Below are positions 12,919-25,900 of a DNA stretch of 64,000 nucleotides, piece by piece. Each line of letters begins with the position of its first letter. Within the stretch, counting starts at the first letter, position 1. The stretch comes from Camelus dromedarius (lineage: Eukaryota), in NCBI RefSeq assembly GCF_036321535.1, contig NC_087443.1:30876001-30940000 (forward strand), written 5' to 3'. The notes under the pieces are model-generated. The model was not told the DNA's origin, did not search any database, and saw nothing but the letters and a program-made list of their open reading frames with translations. Both the position numbers and the translations under genes were made by a program.

Positions 12919-13990
12919 TCTTTACAAATTAAAGATGCATTGAAAAATAAACCAATGAAGAGAAATGAGAGGTCCAGAGCAGGGGCATCCCAGGCTGGGA
13001 GCAGGCAAGCATGGCGTCCAAGCCTAGCCCTTGTCCTGCCCCAGCCAGGTCGTGTTGGAAGATAACTGTCAGCCACTCTGTCAAAACCAAAGCCTGAGTG
13101 ATGTCCTGGCAGAAGAGACCAGCCACCTTTGCCTCTCTCCCCAACAACCCCCAGCTTGGAGAGCAGTGTTTCCAGCAGGAGCCCAGAGTGGGATGTGGGC
13201 TGGCTCTGTGAGGTATTGCAAGTTGATGACCAGGCTCCCTACAGAACCATCCAGTGTTGGGGCCTCTCCGGCTGCAAAGGAGGCTGGTACCTCTTCCAGG
13301 TCTTAGTATACTTTGCAACTCAGTTCCCAGGCTCATTCATCTCTTAATGTGCCTGTGATAATCCACCAAGTGATCAATCATTGAAGGAGAGAGAAAGAGC
13401 AGTGGAAGCAGAGAGAGAGATCTAATCAACCACCCTCAGTAATTCTGGCTTGACTGTTGACTTCCAGGCCCAAGAAGACTGACCACTTTTCTCTCTACTA
13501 CCTATGGTCTACATTCCAGCTCTTGTGCACCTATATGTATGTTTATCCCTAATATAGGAAGTTGTTGATGACACTGAGCTGAATTAGCAGCCCCTCCCCC
13601 TGTGGTAACCCTGGGATCCCCCCTCCTTCCTGCCTGCCCTTGGAGGCTGGTCCAAAGGGACACATAATATTGCCAGAGTCTGGGTGCCTCCAAATCTCCC
13701 AACACCAAATCATATACAGTGAACTGAGAAACTACATTCATTACGACAGGATTAGCAGGAAAAGGAGGATAAAGTGAGGGGATAGGGGCACCTTCCAACA
13801 GCAGGACATGACAGAGTGGTAGGATACTTGAGCCCAGAAAGAAGGTGTCTCCTTATACCTCCCCCTCCCCCCCCAAAGAGACTGAGGTCAGCTTACATGA
13901 CTTACAAGATATGCAACTGCCCTATTTCTCTGCTGTCCTGGGGTACTTTCTGGAAGCTGGCCTGGACCCTATGCTGTTTACCCACTTGCT

Positions 13991-16900
13991 CTAACTCAGT
14001 AGCTGCCGAATCTCCTTGTGCATATGACAGAGAAAGTCCACATAGGATGCTCCCCCACTCAGGCTCTTGTCTTCCACCAGAAAGTGTTTGAACAGCATCT
14101 CCAGCTTGTCCTCCTGTTTCACCACGATAAGCTAGGGCCAGAACACACGGTCATGAAGCAGGGCTAAAGGGAATTAAACATGCCCTGAAATCCCATTATC
14201 CAGCCACTCACCCCCTACCCGCCTTCCAGGGGAGGACTTGACAAAATAAGAAATCCAGGGTTTGGATCAGTGTTACCTTCATGTACCGCGATCTCTGTGC
14301 CCTCAAACCATCAATGAGGCCTCGCACTTTCTTGGACAGCAGATTATCCAGAACTGGCAGAACACTCTGGAACACAAAATTCATTTATCCTTATGGTAAA
14401 GTATGCTGAATCCAGTGGTCAAGGTGAGAGAGCACAGATTTATGCATTATCTGAAACAAGGAAGCCTCTGAAGAATGACAGCACCCTCCCTCCTCAGCGT
14501 TCCTTGCTACTTAAGCGGACTCACACACTAATTTTATTGGCTCCTACTCATTTCACAAAGTATATTTCCACACCCATAGTCTCCTTGACTCCCTGCCCTC
14601 ACCAGGCCACTGGTGATCTGACTGAAGGAGGAGACGCCGAAGAGGCTCTGGACAACACCCTGCTGGACACTTGCTCCCACCCAGAGGAAGAGGTTGAGCC
14701 CATTCTCCAGCAAATATATATCTCCATTGCTCAGACGCTCTTCAGATGCTCGAACTGCTGGTGGTTCAGTGGTATTCTCAATGGGAGACTTTGTCTGGAC
14801 AAAAGGAAGGGGGCAAAAGGTTACCAAGGACCATAAGACATATTTGCCCAACCCCCAACACACATACAAAATTTCAGAAAGCTAAGCCCCTTAGCAACTC
14901 AGTGTGAAAATATGACATCAGATAATGCAGGTAAAAAATTCATTAGTGTCAGACCCAGATAATATTAATCCTTCCCTTCCTCCTCCTATGATGCCCCTTT
15001 CTCAGTATGATGTCTCACACTCCAGCCCTCAGGCGCACCAATGGTAGGAGCCGAGGATAAAAGAAGACATTGGTCTCAGCCACATCCATGGAGGTAACCA
15101 GCTGTCGGACATAAGCGCGGTCATCAGTGGTGACTTCAGCTCCAGGCTGCAGGACGTCACTCTTCAACACACAGTTCAGGTAAACTGGGAGTAGCTTCAT
15201 GCACTCAGGAAGGATCAACTAAGGGGGTTATCAAAACATAGTCAATAATCATGAGAGATCCCTCCCAATGCAAAAATGTATCCTAGCAACTCCTTCACCA
15301 ACATGTTTGCCCTACCTGTCCTGCGGAGGAGGGGCTGGCACAGTTCTTTCTGTAACAGGCCAAGATCTGGGCACACTGGGTGATGAGAGTGTCACGAACA
15401 GTCTTCACTGGGCTGTTCAGGACCCCCCGGTACGCTGAAAGGGAAAGGAGCTAGCACAGTCACTGGTCTGCCATTCCATCACATGTGCCTTCCCACCAGC
15501 ACACCGACTCAGGAACGTGGAACTGCTGAACATTCTAGACCTCTCTCTTTGCCCGAGTCCCACCCAGCCCTGCCCCTGCCCTCACCAAACTTGGCCATGT
15601 AGTTGATGAGCGTGTCAGTCTCACAGTTTCGATACAGATCAGCTAGCTGAGTGCAGCAGTTGAGGGCCAGGTTGTGGATGCGGAGCCGTCGCTGCCCCGC
15701 ACAACTGGTGTAGAGCAGGGCACACTACGGGGAGGGAGAAAGGGGGAGTTCACACCCCTCCTTCAACAAAGCCCTCTGAAAAACTGCCTCTTTGCTATAT
15801 TATTGAATTAAAAGAAAGACACGAACCACCCCTCCCCCAGCCTCTTCTAGTCCTCTCTACGCACCCCTCACGCTCTTCCCTGCGGCCTCTTTATCGCCAG
15901 TGAAATGACCCCTAACGCTTCTTCCCCAGTCCCTGCCGCCTGCCCGCCACCTGCAGGAGGGCTCCACTCTCTTCATTGAGCCGGTCGTCATGCTTGAACT
16001 CCACAGTCACCGTTTTGTCCCCATCCAGCCCAGCCAGCTCCACATCTGTTGTGTTGCTCATGTAGAAAGCCCCAAAGAAATCTACAGCACGTATACCTGA
16101 GGCCACATGGACAGGGACAGGGCTAATGAATGGTATGACAGGTGCCACTTGCCTCCCTCCCAGATTTAGGCCCCCAACCTGCTCTTCTCCAGCCAGGACT
16201 GACCAGTGCTTGTCCGGACTCGCATCACAGCATCAAAGCCAACAACCTTCTGGACATCCCGACGCAGGTCACTGAGGAACCGTTCCTGGTCATTCTCCAC
16301 CTGCATTCCCCCAGGCCCACAGTCACATCACTGATTACCTAACATCATACAATCAGTCCCGCTGCACCCCCTCCACTCTACAAGTCTGCTGAATCATAAT
16401 GACAGTAACAGTGAAGATAATAATGATGTTGATGATAATGATAGCTTTAAGCATTTACTACATGCCAGGTACCATATTAAGTGCTTTACATTAATCCTGA
16501 TGACAGATCCTAATAAGTATTAAAATCTCATTTTACAAATGAAGAAACAAAGGAGAGAAAAATTAAGTAATTTATCCTAGGTCATACAGCTTGTAAGCAG
16601 GAGGGCCAGGACTGACTCCAAGCCCCCTGCTCCTGACTGCTCCACTCATAGCTCTCTTTACACTACGTGGTCTTCACCTCCAACACTATTCCTATTAACA
16701 AGTCAGCAGGTAAAGAGCCACTCCACATGTAGGCAGACATCCCCAGTCCTGCTTCCACTTGCCACCCAGAGTCCCATGCCGTACCTGAAAGCAAGCGTAT
16801 TTGTAGACAGAGCCACCAGTCAGCTGGGGTACAACAGACAGTGTGGCCACATCCACATACTGGTTAGGGAAGAGGAAGAGGTCTACGCAGCAGCCTTGGG

Positions 16901-19900
16901 CCACACACTCTTTGGCCAGAGTCTGATAGGCACCTGTCTGAGGCTGGAACAGAGTCTGGGGAAGAACAGATGAAAATGCTCAAATGTCAAAGTTCCACAC
17001 TATTTGAGAACCGTACCTGCATATGGGCTATGCAAGGACATGTAAACTTCAGATCTACTTCACAGTCTGCAATAGTAGTAAAACATTCCCAAAGAAAAGC
17101 CTACCAAGGGCTTGGGATGAGAAGGGTAGAGAGGTGTGGGAGCAGTGGAGAAGGTTGGCAATCACGAAGGTGACACGTGAAAGGGCAGAAGATCTAGTCA
17201 CAGTTCCCCTCAAAAAAGTAACAGTATTGTGCTGTGAAGAGACACCACATTCCTCCGCAACGGAAAGTCCTCCCCGTGGCACCCGATCCCACACCTTCTC
17301 CTTGTCTGTGTTGATCAACTTCCTGTCGTCTCTGTTCTTCAGCTTCCCTGGGGCCTCTGCAATGGGCAGGGAGGTGTGGAACAGAAAGAGCTTCCCTGCA
17401 CACTCAGCAGCCTAGGAAAGAAGAGAGATCTACTGGTCCATTCTTTCCTTTATTCATCCATTATTCATTCACCCCTTCCCTCGTCATTTATTCAGTGCCA
17501 ACTGTGTCAGACTGGCTGACTCACTGGACAGGCGTCAATCACTGAAGAAACAAGGGTTATATCCCAGGGGGTAAGATGGTCAGAAGAAAGTGTCACAGAG
17601 GAGGTTCCCAGGGACTCTAGCCTTACCTTCAGAGCCTCCATCCCAGCCTGGATAACTGGGGCAAATACTGTCTCCGTCTCCCTTGTGTCTGCAAACATTT
17701 CTGGAATCTGATCCAGTAAGCTGAAGAGACAGGTGATAAGAGGCAATCAAAATTGCTATCCAAATTCCAGATTCCTCAATCCTCAATCCCCTGAAGAGTC
17801 ATCTGGTCCCCAGATTCTGAAAACTCTTGAGGCATAGCCCCTGTCCATCTGCTGACCTCTCTGCTCAACTCTCTGGCTTTCTGTGACTGTACCCACCCCA
17901 CCCCAGCTTTACCCCCACAATCTCTTTACCTGGTGATGACTGTCCGAGACTCATTGACATTGACCAGGAAGCCATCCAGCAGTGGCACAAACATGTCGCC
18001 CACATCAGATACAACCATCATCTGTGGCTGGGCCAATGAGCTCTTCACATTGTAGAAGTGCAGCACCTTATTATAGGTGACAAAGCCAACTCGGACTGCT
18101 GACTCTTCGGCCCCGCCCTCCCTGTAGAAGGCGACATTGTTACTCAGATTTGCCATCTTTTCCACCACCCAACTTCATGATATCTGGCTCCAACTGCTGA
18201 ATCAAGCCAGCACCCCCCACCCACCCTCCCCAGCCATCATCATCATCCAAAGAAAGCACCTCGGCTCCATAACTCTCACCTAGGCAGAAAGTCTAACAGT
18301 GACTTGAGCTCCTCACAGAGGAGCCTAACAAGACCACTCCTGATGGCATTGTAGGAGACGTCGATCATGAAGATGAAGGCAGGAGGGCTGGGGAACTTAT
18401 TGTTCTGCAAAGGAAGGAAATGTAGTCGGGGAGAGGAGTATTGGTAAGCAGGCCAACTGACCAGAGAGAAGTCAACATAAAATGGGACAACGAAGGGATG
18501 ATGGAAATGATCACAGCAAGTCTTCGCTGTCTCATTGTCCTCCACCCNNNNNNNNNNNNNNNNNNNNNNNNNNNNNNNNNNNNNNNNNNNNNNNNNNNNN
18601 NNNNNNNNNNNNNNNNNNNNNNNNNNNNNNNNNNNNNNNNNNNNNNNNNNNNNNNNNNNNNNNNNNNNNNNNNNNNNNNATACTGGGGGGGAACTGTGGG
18701 GAGTAGGGCAGAGTGTTACTCAAGAGTCCACTCTCAATCTTAGTTAGTCTGGCCCTGGCTGAGCTCAGTCTACTGTCCCACATCCCCATATGTGTCCTAC
18801 TTCCCCAGCTCCTAAACAACGGACCCTCATCTACCTAACTAGAAAGAGTACAACATAGATGCAATCCAGATGCCCCCAATCCCAGCCTCGGTGAACGTAC
18901 CATCGTTGATACAGCTGCAAAAGCAGCACTGGAAGCGCCTCCCGCCCTCAATGAACTGCATGAAGGGGCACATATATGCTTTGCAGCGATTGCAGCGCAA
19001 AGGGCCAGATTCCCCGTGGTCGACGACATATGGTGAAGCCTAAGGACCAAAGGGGAAGGTCTGAAACACAGAGGGAAGCTACAGTGGGTAGCTACATGTA
19101 GCAGTAGATAAGGAGGAACAACCTGGGGGGCAAGAGCATGGCTCAGATATTTTGCCTGGGGAGGGAGTAGAGTGAAGGGGAATGAGGACAAATTTCCCTA
19201 AGGAGTATCCCGAAGAGTCTAAATTGTATAGTTCTTTCTCCTTATTCCTCATCTCCAGAATTTCACTTCTTCTTGAAAGGGAAGAGTGACTGTGAACCCA
19301 GCCCTAACAACTCAGGGGCTGATAAGGGCTTTTGAGAAGAAAGCCAAAGAGTATCCAGGATTCACATTTCTGGCCCTATCTTCAATCCCCTTCACTCCTG
19401 CCCTAGGGATCCTGACTCCTGCTTCCTTTCCCAAACAAGTATCTGTGACATTTGTCCTCCATGATCCCTGGATTTCTGTGATATCTACTGATGCCCCAGG
19501 CAGATGTCACCCTACAGGTTAAAGACCAGCAGCCAAGTGTCCAACCATCCCCACTGAGACCCAGGAAAAGAGAATGAGAAGCACACAGAATAAGACAGAG
19601 AAGCAGGATGTAAAGTGAGCCCTGAGTGTCCAGTTATAGAGAAATCCATCCTAAGTTTGATAAGTTAAGCATGAACACAAGGGTATCCTACCAAGGCCTG
19701 GTAGGATAGAGCAGCTGCCAAGCTCTCTCTCTTTTTATGCTGATTTCAGGTTTTGGGGTTGCAGATCATGGCCCAAGCCAGGTAAGAGACAGACTGCTGG
19801 ATCCTAATCCACCTTTTTCCTTACATGCTGCCCTAACATCTCTAACATGGCATGACAGGACAGCGTATAAGAAAAAGTATAATGATGTGCTTCTAATCAT

Positions 19901-22900
19901 CTGGAGATGACCATGCTATGAGAGGCTCCTGCATCCAGCTGTCTTCTTCCCTGCAAGCTGGCCTTGTGTTTCCCCTGTGGATCCTGCTCCCATCCAGCAA
20001 TTTCTTGGACTTTTGCTTTCATCCCTACAACCTCCTTCAGATATGGTCCCTGGGATACAAAGTTGCTGAAGATACTCTCCGCTTCTGCCCAGCCAAAAGT
20101 TCTTCCATTGTGACTGACAGAATCACACCTAGGAAGAAGTCTTACTCCCCACTCCCCCTCCCTTCCGCCCTTTCATTTCCTCTAGTCCCTTCTCTGACTC
20201 ACCTCCTCTGGGGGCAGCCTTGCCAACGGCTTGATGACAGCTGCCAGAGGCACCTGAGCCTGTTTAGCCATGTCAGATGTGCAAGGGATATTATAGGATG
20301 TGCATCGGATGTAGCGGGGACTCGCATTCCCTGAAGGAGGAGGTAGAAAGACTGAGTCAGATCACAGAATCCCTCCAGACACCAGCTCTCCACTGCTGAT
20401 CCAGCCCATCACCCCAACAAATGCTAGAGCTGATGGTGGTTTTTCCCCCCTCAAAAGCAGTGAGGGACTGGTTTTCAATTAATGACTGACAAAAGGTGGG
20501 AGGGTATAGCTCGGTGGTAGAGTGCATGCTTAGCATGCACAAGGACATGGGTTCAATTCCCAGCACCTCCATTAAAAAAAAAAAAAAAACATACATACAT
20601 ACATAAACCTAATTACCTCCCCTCTCCAACAACAACAAAAACCCAACAAACCAAAAAAAGAAGAAAAAAAAAAAGACTGACAAAAGCCCCATCCATAGTC
20701 TGATAGTGTTGGAGAAAAAGCTCTGCAGGGAGGGGCTAACGCCCCTCTCACCTTGGTCTTTCACCAGGAAGTTGGTGGTGACTAAGGGTGGCACCTGGCC
20801 CCGTACTCCAGTAATAAATGGCTCTGAACCCCGGTTGTTCCTGTCATCCTCGATAACCTGAATCTGTAGGGGAGAAGTGAAATGAATGAGGTGACAGACA
20901 AAAAGGGAGAACCAGGTCCCAGAGAGCTAGGAGAAAGAAAGGCTGGAGCTGCAGCACAGAAACTAATAATTTGCCAAGGAACACACCTCATGCACCAGGC
21001 CTGCTCTCCTTCTGGAGATCATATAAAATGCTGTAACGCCAACCTTCTAGTGTACAGTCAGCAGCAAAATGCTGGACAGGCAACACTGAGAACAGGCTTC
21101 TTCACGAATTGCCCTGAACCCCAATATAACCCTGTTATAACCCCCACTGCAGGGAAACTCCAGCTCTAATCACAAACCTTCAAACCTGATCAGATTCTAC
21201 TTGCCTCCCCCATCAAGCCTTCCCCTCCCCTTTTCTCCCCAAGACACTTTCTGAGAAAGAGCAGGAAAACAGACAACAGTAACCATGTAAAAATGAATCT
21301 ACCTGGAATGACTCTACACTCAATGAAAGAAGGGACAGGGTGAGGAGAGGATTACACAGCCAGAAATGATCAGGTAAGGTGAGGAAGCAGATGCTGCCTT
21401 ATTTTCAGGTAAGCATCAGTGTGTAAATATGGGAGAAGAGGATTTTACAGCCTGATCCTCAGTCCCCCACATTTTGACAGACCCAGCGAAGGGAGAAAAA
21501 AAGGTTTTGCAAAGCTGGTGATCAGATCTTTCAGCAGGCCGAGAACCTTTGGTCAGTTACTTCAAGATGGGTTTGGTAAAACCAGAAAAAGGGAGACTAA
21601 GACTCTGTATCCCATAGCAGAAAGAGTTGAAGCTTAGAAATACATCAGAGTCACTGTCCAGCTGAGACAGTGGTCCACACTTTCCCAAACCGGCCATCCC
21701 TTCCCCTGTAAGAAATGCCAGTTTTCCAAACTTGTACATTAGTAGCCACCTACCCACATGTTTCTCCACAACAAGCTGTAGACAAATCAAACCCAAAGGG
21801 GAAGGATCTACTGTTTGACTTTGTCCTGTTCCATCGTATGTCACACGCAGGCTCCTGGAGAAGCCAGCAGGACTAAAACCAAAGCTTAACATGCCACCTG
21901 AGCCCACCCTTAGAGCCTGACCTTCTACCATCCCATACTTAAAGGCACTGCTAACACCTTGCTACTTCATTATATGGTGACTTGAGGCATGCACATCCTT
22001 CTAGCATGTAGAAGCGAGGATCTAGAAGGACTAAGGGAAGAGGATGGAGAGGGATGGACATGGTGGATGAGGTGAAGATGAGGTCACAGGCATGCATGGG
22101 TGACATTAACACAGGGATGACACNNNNNNNNNNNNNNNNNNNNNNNNNNNNNNNNNNNNNNNNNNNNNNNNNNNNNNNNNNNNNNNNNNNNNNNNNNNNN
22201 NNNNNNNNNNNNNNNNNNNNNNNNNNNNNNNNNNNNNNNNNNNNNNNNNNNNNNNACAGGGAGGGAGACAAAAGAACAAGAAGCAGATGTTACTTCTCTC
22301 AACCCTGATGAGTTAGACATGAACAGCTGGAGCCCAGCTCAGACTGCTGAAATCGGGCCCCCTCTAGATCAGAAATTCCAAGTTTTTCTGGCCCAAAAAA
22401 GAGCCTTTAATGGCTCAGATTATGATGCAGAAAGATAAGGAAGGGGACAAACAGAAGGCAAGAGGGGTTATACAGGGAGGCACTGAATGGGAGAAACCTT
22501 AAGGAAGAAGAGGGCTGTTCCCTCTAAAAGGCCAATCCTCCCATCTAAGGACTATTCTTATGCTGAAAGAAGACTCTCCTCACATCCAACCGGACTCTAC
22601 TCACTGAAGGAGGGAAAAGGAAGGAGGGGCCATATAATCCTCTCGGGTCCCACTTAGCCAGCTGGGTCCCTCACCATGATAGTTCCCCAAAGGAAAAGGG
22701 AAGAGAACAGATGGAATATGACAATGGCTAAGCATGGTGAGGTAACCGACATAGCAAATGTTGCAGACAGAACTATAAAGTGGCCTCCATTCGAGAGTAC
22801 AGTCCAAGCCTCTATTCTGAGTATGATGAGGAAGGCCTGAGGATTCTGATGGCTCCAAGGGTGAAATTCACCATCCTTCCGGAAGAAACAGTTTCCCCAC

Positions 22901-25900
22901 GTTGCCCTTGTAAACTGTAGCTCACTTTTCCCTAACCACACAGCAGAAGCCTAGCAAACAAAAGTACTCAAGGCTTCCTCCTAAACTACTGTCCAAGTAG
23001 GAGCAGAGAGAAACCAGAGAAACCTTTCCTTAACACCTAACACCAGAGAATTCCCACCAGCTCTACCCATTAACAAGAGTGCTATCCTACTAGACCTAAG
23101 AGGACAAGACTCGGACCCAGCCACTCCTCCACGGAAGAGCAGAGGTTACCATGCTATGTCCAACAGTGACAGAACGCAGCACTCAACCCAGAGCTCTGTG
23201 GACACTGCTGACCATGCTTGGCTTCCCTTCCCTTTTTGCCCAGCTATGAAGTAAAAGTGCCCCCAAAAGACTTCTGGGACTTCAATTTCCATTTCAAAGA
23301 GTCAAAAATTACATTGAGGTTCTACACATTCATCCACAAGACGATGAATGAAAAAGGGAAAATAGTCAGGAAATGCTCAGCAAACATCTCATCGAGGTTG
23401 ACTCACTTATCTGGCAGCCACAAGCTCCTTCCCCAGGACCACATAAGTACTTACAGGGCTCGGGATGGCATCAGGGTCCAGGCGCTTAGGAGGCAGAGGT
23501 TGAGGAGGCCCGGGCTGACTGCCAAAAGTGGCTGTTCCTGGGTAGGGACTTCCATAATTGGGCTGAGGGCCCCGGGCTGGTCCAAAGGAACCTGAGAGAC
23601 AAGGGCACAAGGTTGATGGACCAAAAATTCCCTCCTTATCTCTTCTTAAGGCTTCAGGGAAATGACTAGATTCCTATAAATGTAGAGTTGTGAGGTACAG
23701 TAATAACCATTCAGGGAATGACCACATTCTCTGAACTGCAAGGAAAAAAAAAATCTTATATCCCCACATCCTAGTACTAATACCCTGATGCTGTCTATCT
23801 AGGTCACCACTTAGCAAGCAACACTAAAAGCATATAAAAACAAACCAACCAAAAACTACCTTTGACTCTGAGATAGACCTTGGGAAAAACTCACCATTTT
23901 GCTGCAGCTGATAGCCTGGCTGCTGGGAGGAGTGCATAGGTGGTGGTGGTCCTGGCGGCCCAGACATCTGGGTGCCAGGGGTCAGAGCTTGAGGAGGAGG
24001 TGAGGAAATATGGTTGGGCTGGCTCACTGGGGGCCCCCCAAAACTCTGTCCAGGCAGGAGTGGACCAGTCATGGAAGGCATCCGAGGACCCCCGGAAGCT
24101 GAGGGTGTGAAGCTGGAGGCCTGTGGTAGGACAGATCGCTGGGGAGGCTGGGCCCCAGGATGACCCTGGGCCTGGCCCTGAGGATAGGAGCCATACAGAC
24201 CAGAGTTGGGGAAACTTCCTGAGGCTGAGGCCAGCGATGTTGGTGGGCCTGAGAAGCAGAAGAAGTAGAGTCAGAACCCCAGTCATCCTGCCTCCTTGTT
24301 CAGTAAATCACTTCCCTTTCCACATGAGGGGCAGGAATGACTGTCCCATCTGCTGGGGCTCAGAACAAGAAATAAAAGGGATTCAGGAATACCCCTAGAG
24401 CCCATTGCTTCTAAAAAGAAGGGAACAGTAACATTTCTGTGATCACAGCTACTCACCATAGCCCAGCCCCGAAGTGGGAGGGACTGGGGCCACAGCACCA
24501 CTGATGTGCATTCCAGCCAGCTGAGCAGTCACCTGTGCACTTGTCGGGGGAGGGCCATAGGGCTGAAGCACAGCTGGCTGGCTGACCACAGGGACCAATG
24601 GGGCTGACCCAAATGGCTGAGACCCAGGGAGCCTGTGAAGAGAAGGAAGGCAGAGGCCTCCAGTGGGCTGGGACACCCTTCCAAGTTGGCAAGAGCACCA
24701 CATCATAAAGGAAGCTATATTCTTTTACAGCATCTTACTCTCATCTTACTTTCTCTTCTATAGCTTCATGCTTCTACGTATTTGTGAATAAATTACATTC
24801 CTGTGATTATTCATGGAAAATCTTGTTGTCCATTATATTCACTCCAAAACCATATGCCAAGCACTCTCAGATCAAGTATTATTTATTTACTCTGCTAGTT
24901 AGACTATCACCTCCTCTGCCTCAAACTTTTGTTGACAAACCACCTCAGTTTTGTAATCAGAAGCCCTGAAGGAGTCAAAAGGGAAGGTGCACAGAAGCAC
25001 TAACACAATAGGAGCCTAATAAATGTGGGATCAAACAAATGCAGTTTCATTGTTTAACTTTTAAGGGAAACCAAAGTATTACTTTATCCTGGAAAGATCT
25101 GTAAGATCAGAAGAGCAGGCCAGCTAAGTCCGGCATTCTGTACTAATCAGAAAGATGATGCCAACTCTACCAGAGTTAAGGACCAGACAAACAGAACATA
25201 AATCAGGTAGCCTTCTAAGCTGGGTCTGTCTAGCAAAAGCCTCGTGACTTGGATAGCTGCATTGGACACTCTCATGGTATCAGATGGCACATTAAAATAT
25301 AAATACAAAATCATTCCAATATCATTGAATATGAACTAGCAACTGCACTGGTGTTTTACAGTAATGTTACTGCAAAAAGCTACAACACAGATTATTATAC
25401 ATATCAAGCTCCTTCCGAGATTTCAAGAATGAATCAATTTCTTCACAACAGTAGTCTGTTACATTGACATTCTGATTTATCCTTCCTGTTTATTTTGTCT
25501 CTACTAAATAATTGGAACTTGATTATATTTGGCTAGCTTCTATTAGTCCTGCAGTTGTACACTTTTCATTCAATCATTCTACTAGGTATTTTCTAGGTAT
25601 TATGCTGGTGAAACTTACTGCCCTAAGCTCTTTGTTGGGCTTTGCATTTTTTTGTCTTCCATAGCACCAAACATACTGTTAGCCTCATGGCAGATGCTCA
25701 TAAATCCCTGTCAGAATAATTATATTCCAGGGTACTACTCCATTAATGTGGGTAATCCTCTCAACTACCCAATGTTATTCTGCCACATGCCAAATAACAA
25801 TAAATCAACACCTTATCCATACAGAGCTTTATAATTTATAAAGTATCTCTAAGTACTTCATTTAATTCTCACAGAAAATTAATTAGGGAGACAGAACAGA

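Noticed and set aside
20496-20570. tRNA-Ala-like sequences (also at 38620, 59760, 61620) as tRNA genes
   Set aside because: They have A-rich tails, a shared non-tRNA 3' segment, target-site duplications and divergent stems, so they are SINEs.
21557-21931. 124-aa intronic ORF in SEC24C
   Set aside because: No recognisable homology, no convincing splice sites and no true ATG at its start; consistent with chance.
22560-22640. Pyrimidine tract plus cag|tgagta as another SEC24C cryptic exon boundary
   Set aside because: It is ambiguous between acceptor and donor, and no partner site could be identified.
23891-24286. Stop-free alternative frame across a whole SEC24C exon, suggesting a frameshift or dual coding
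   Set aside because: The true frame was translated codon by codon and is intact. Pro/Gln/Ser codon bias explains the open shifted frame, and its ATG is intronic.
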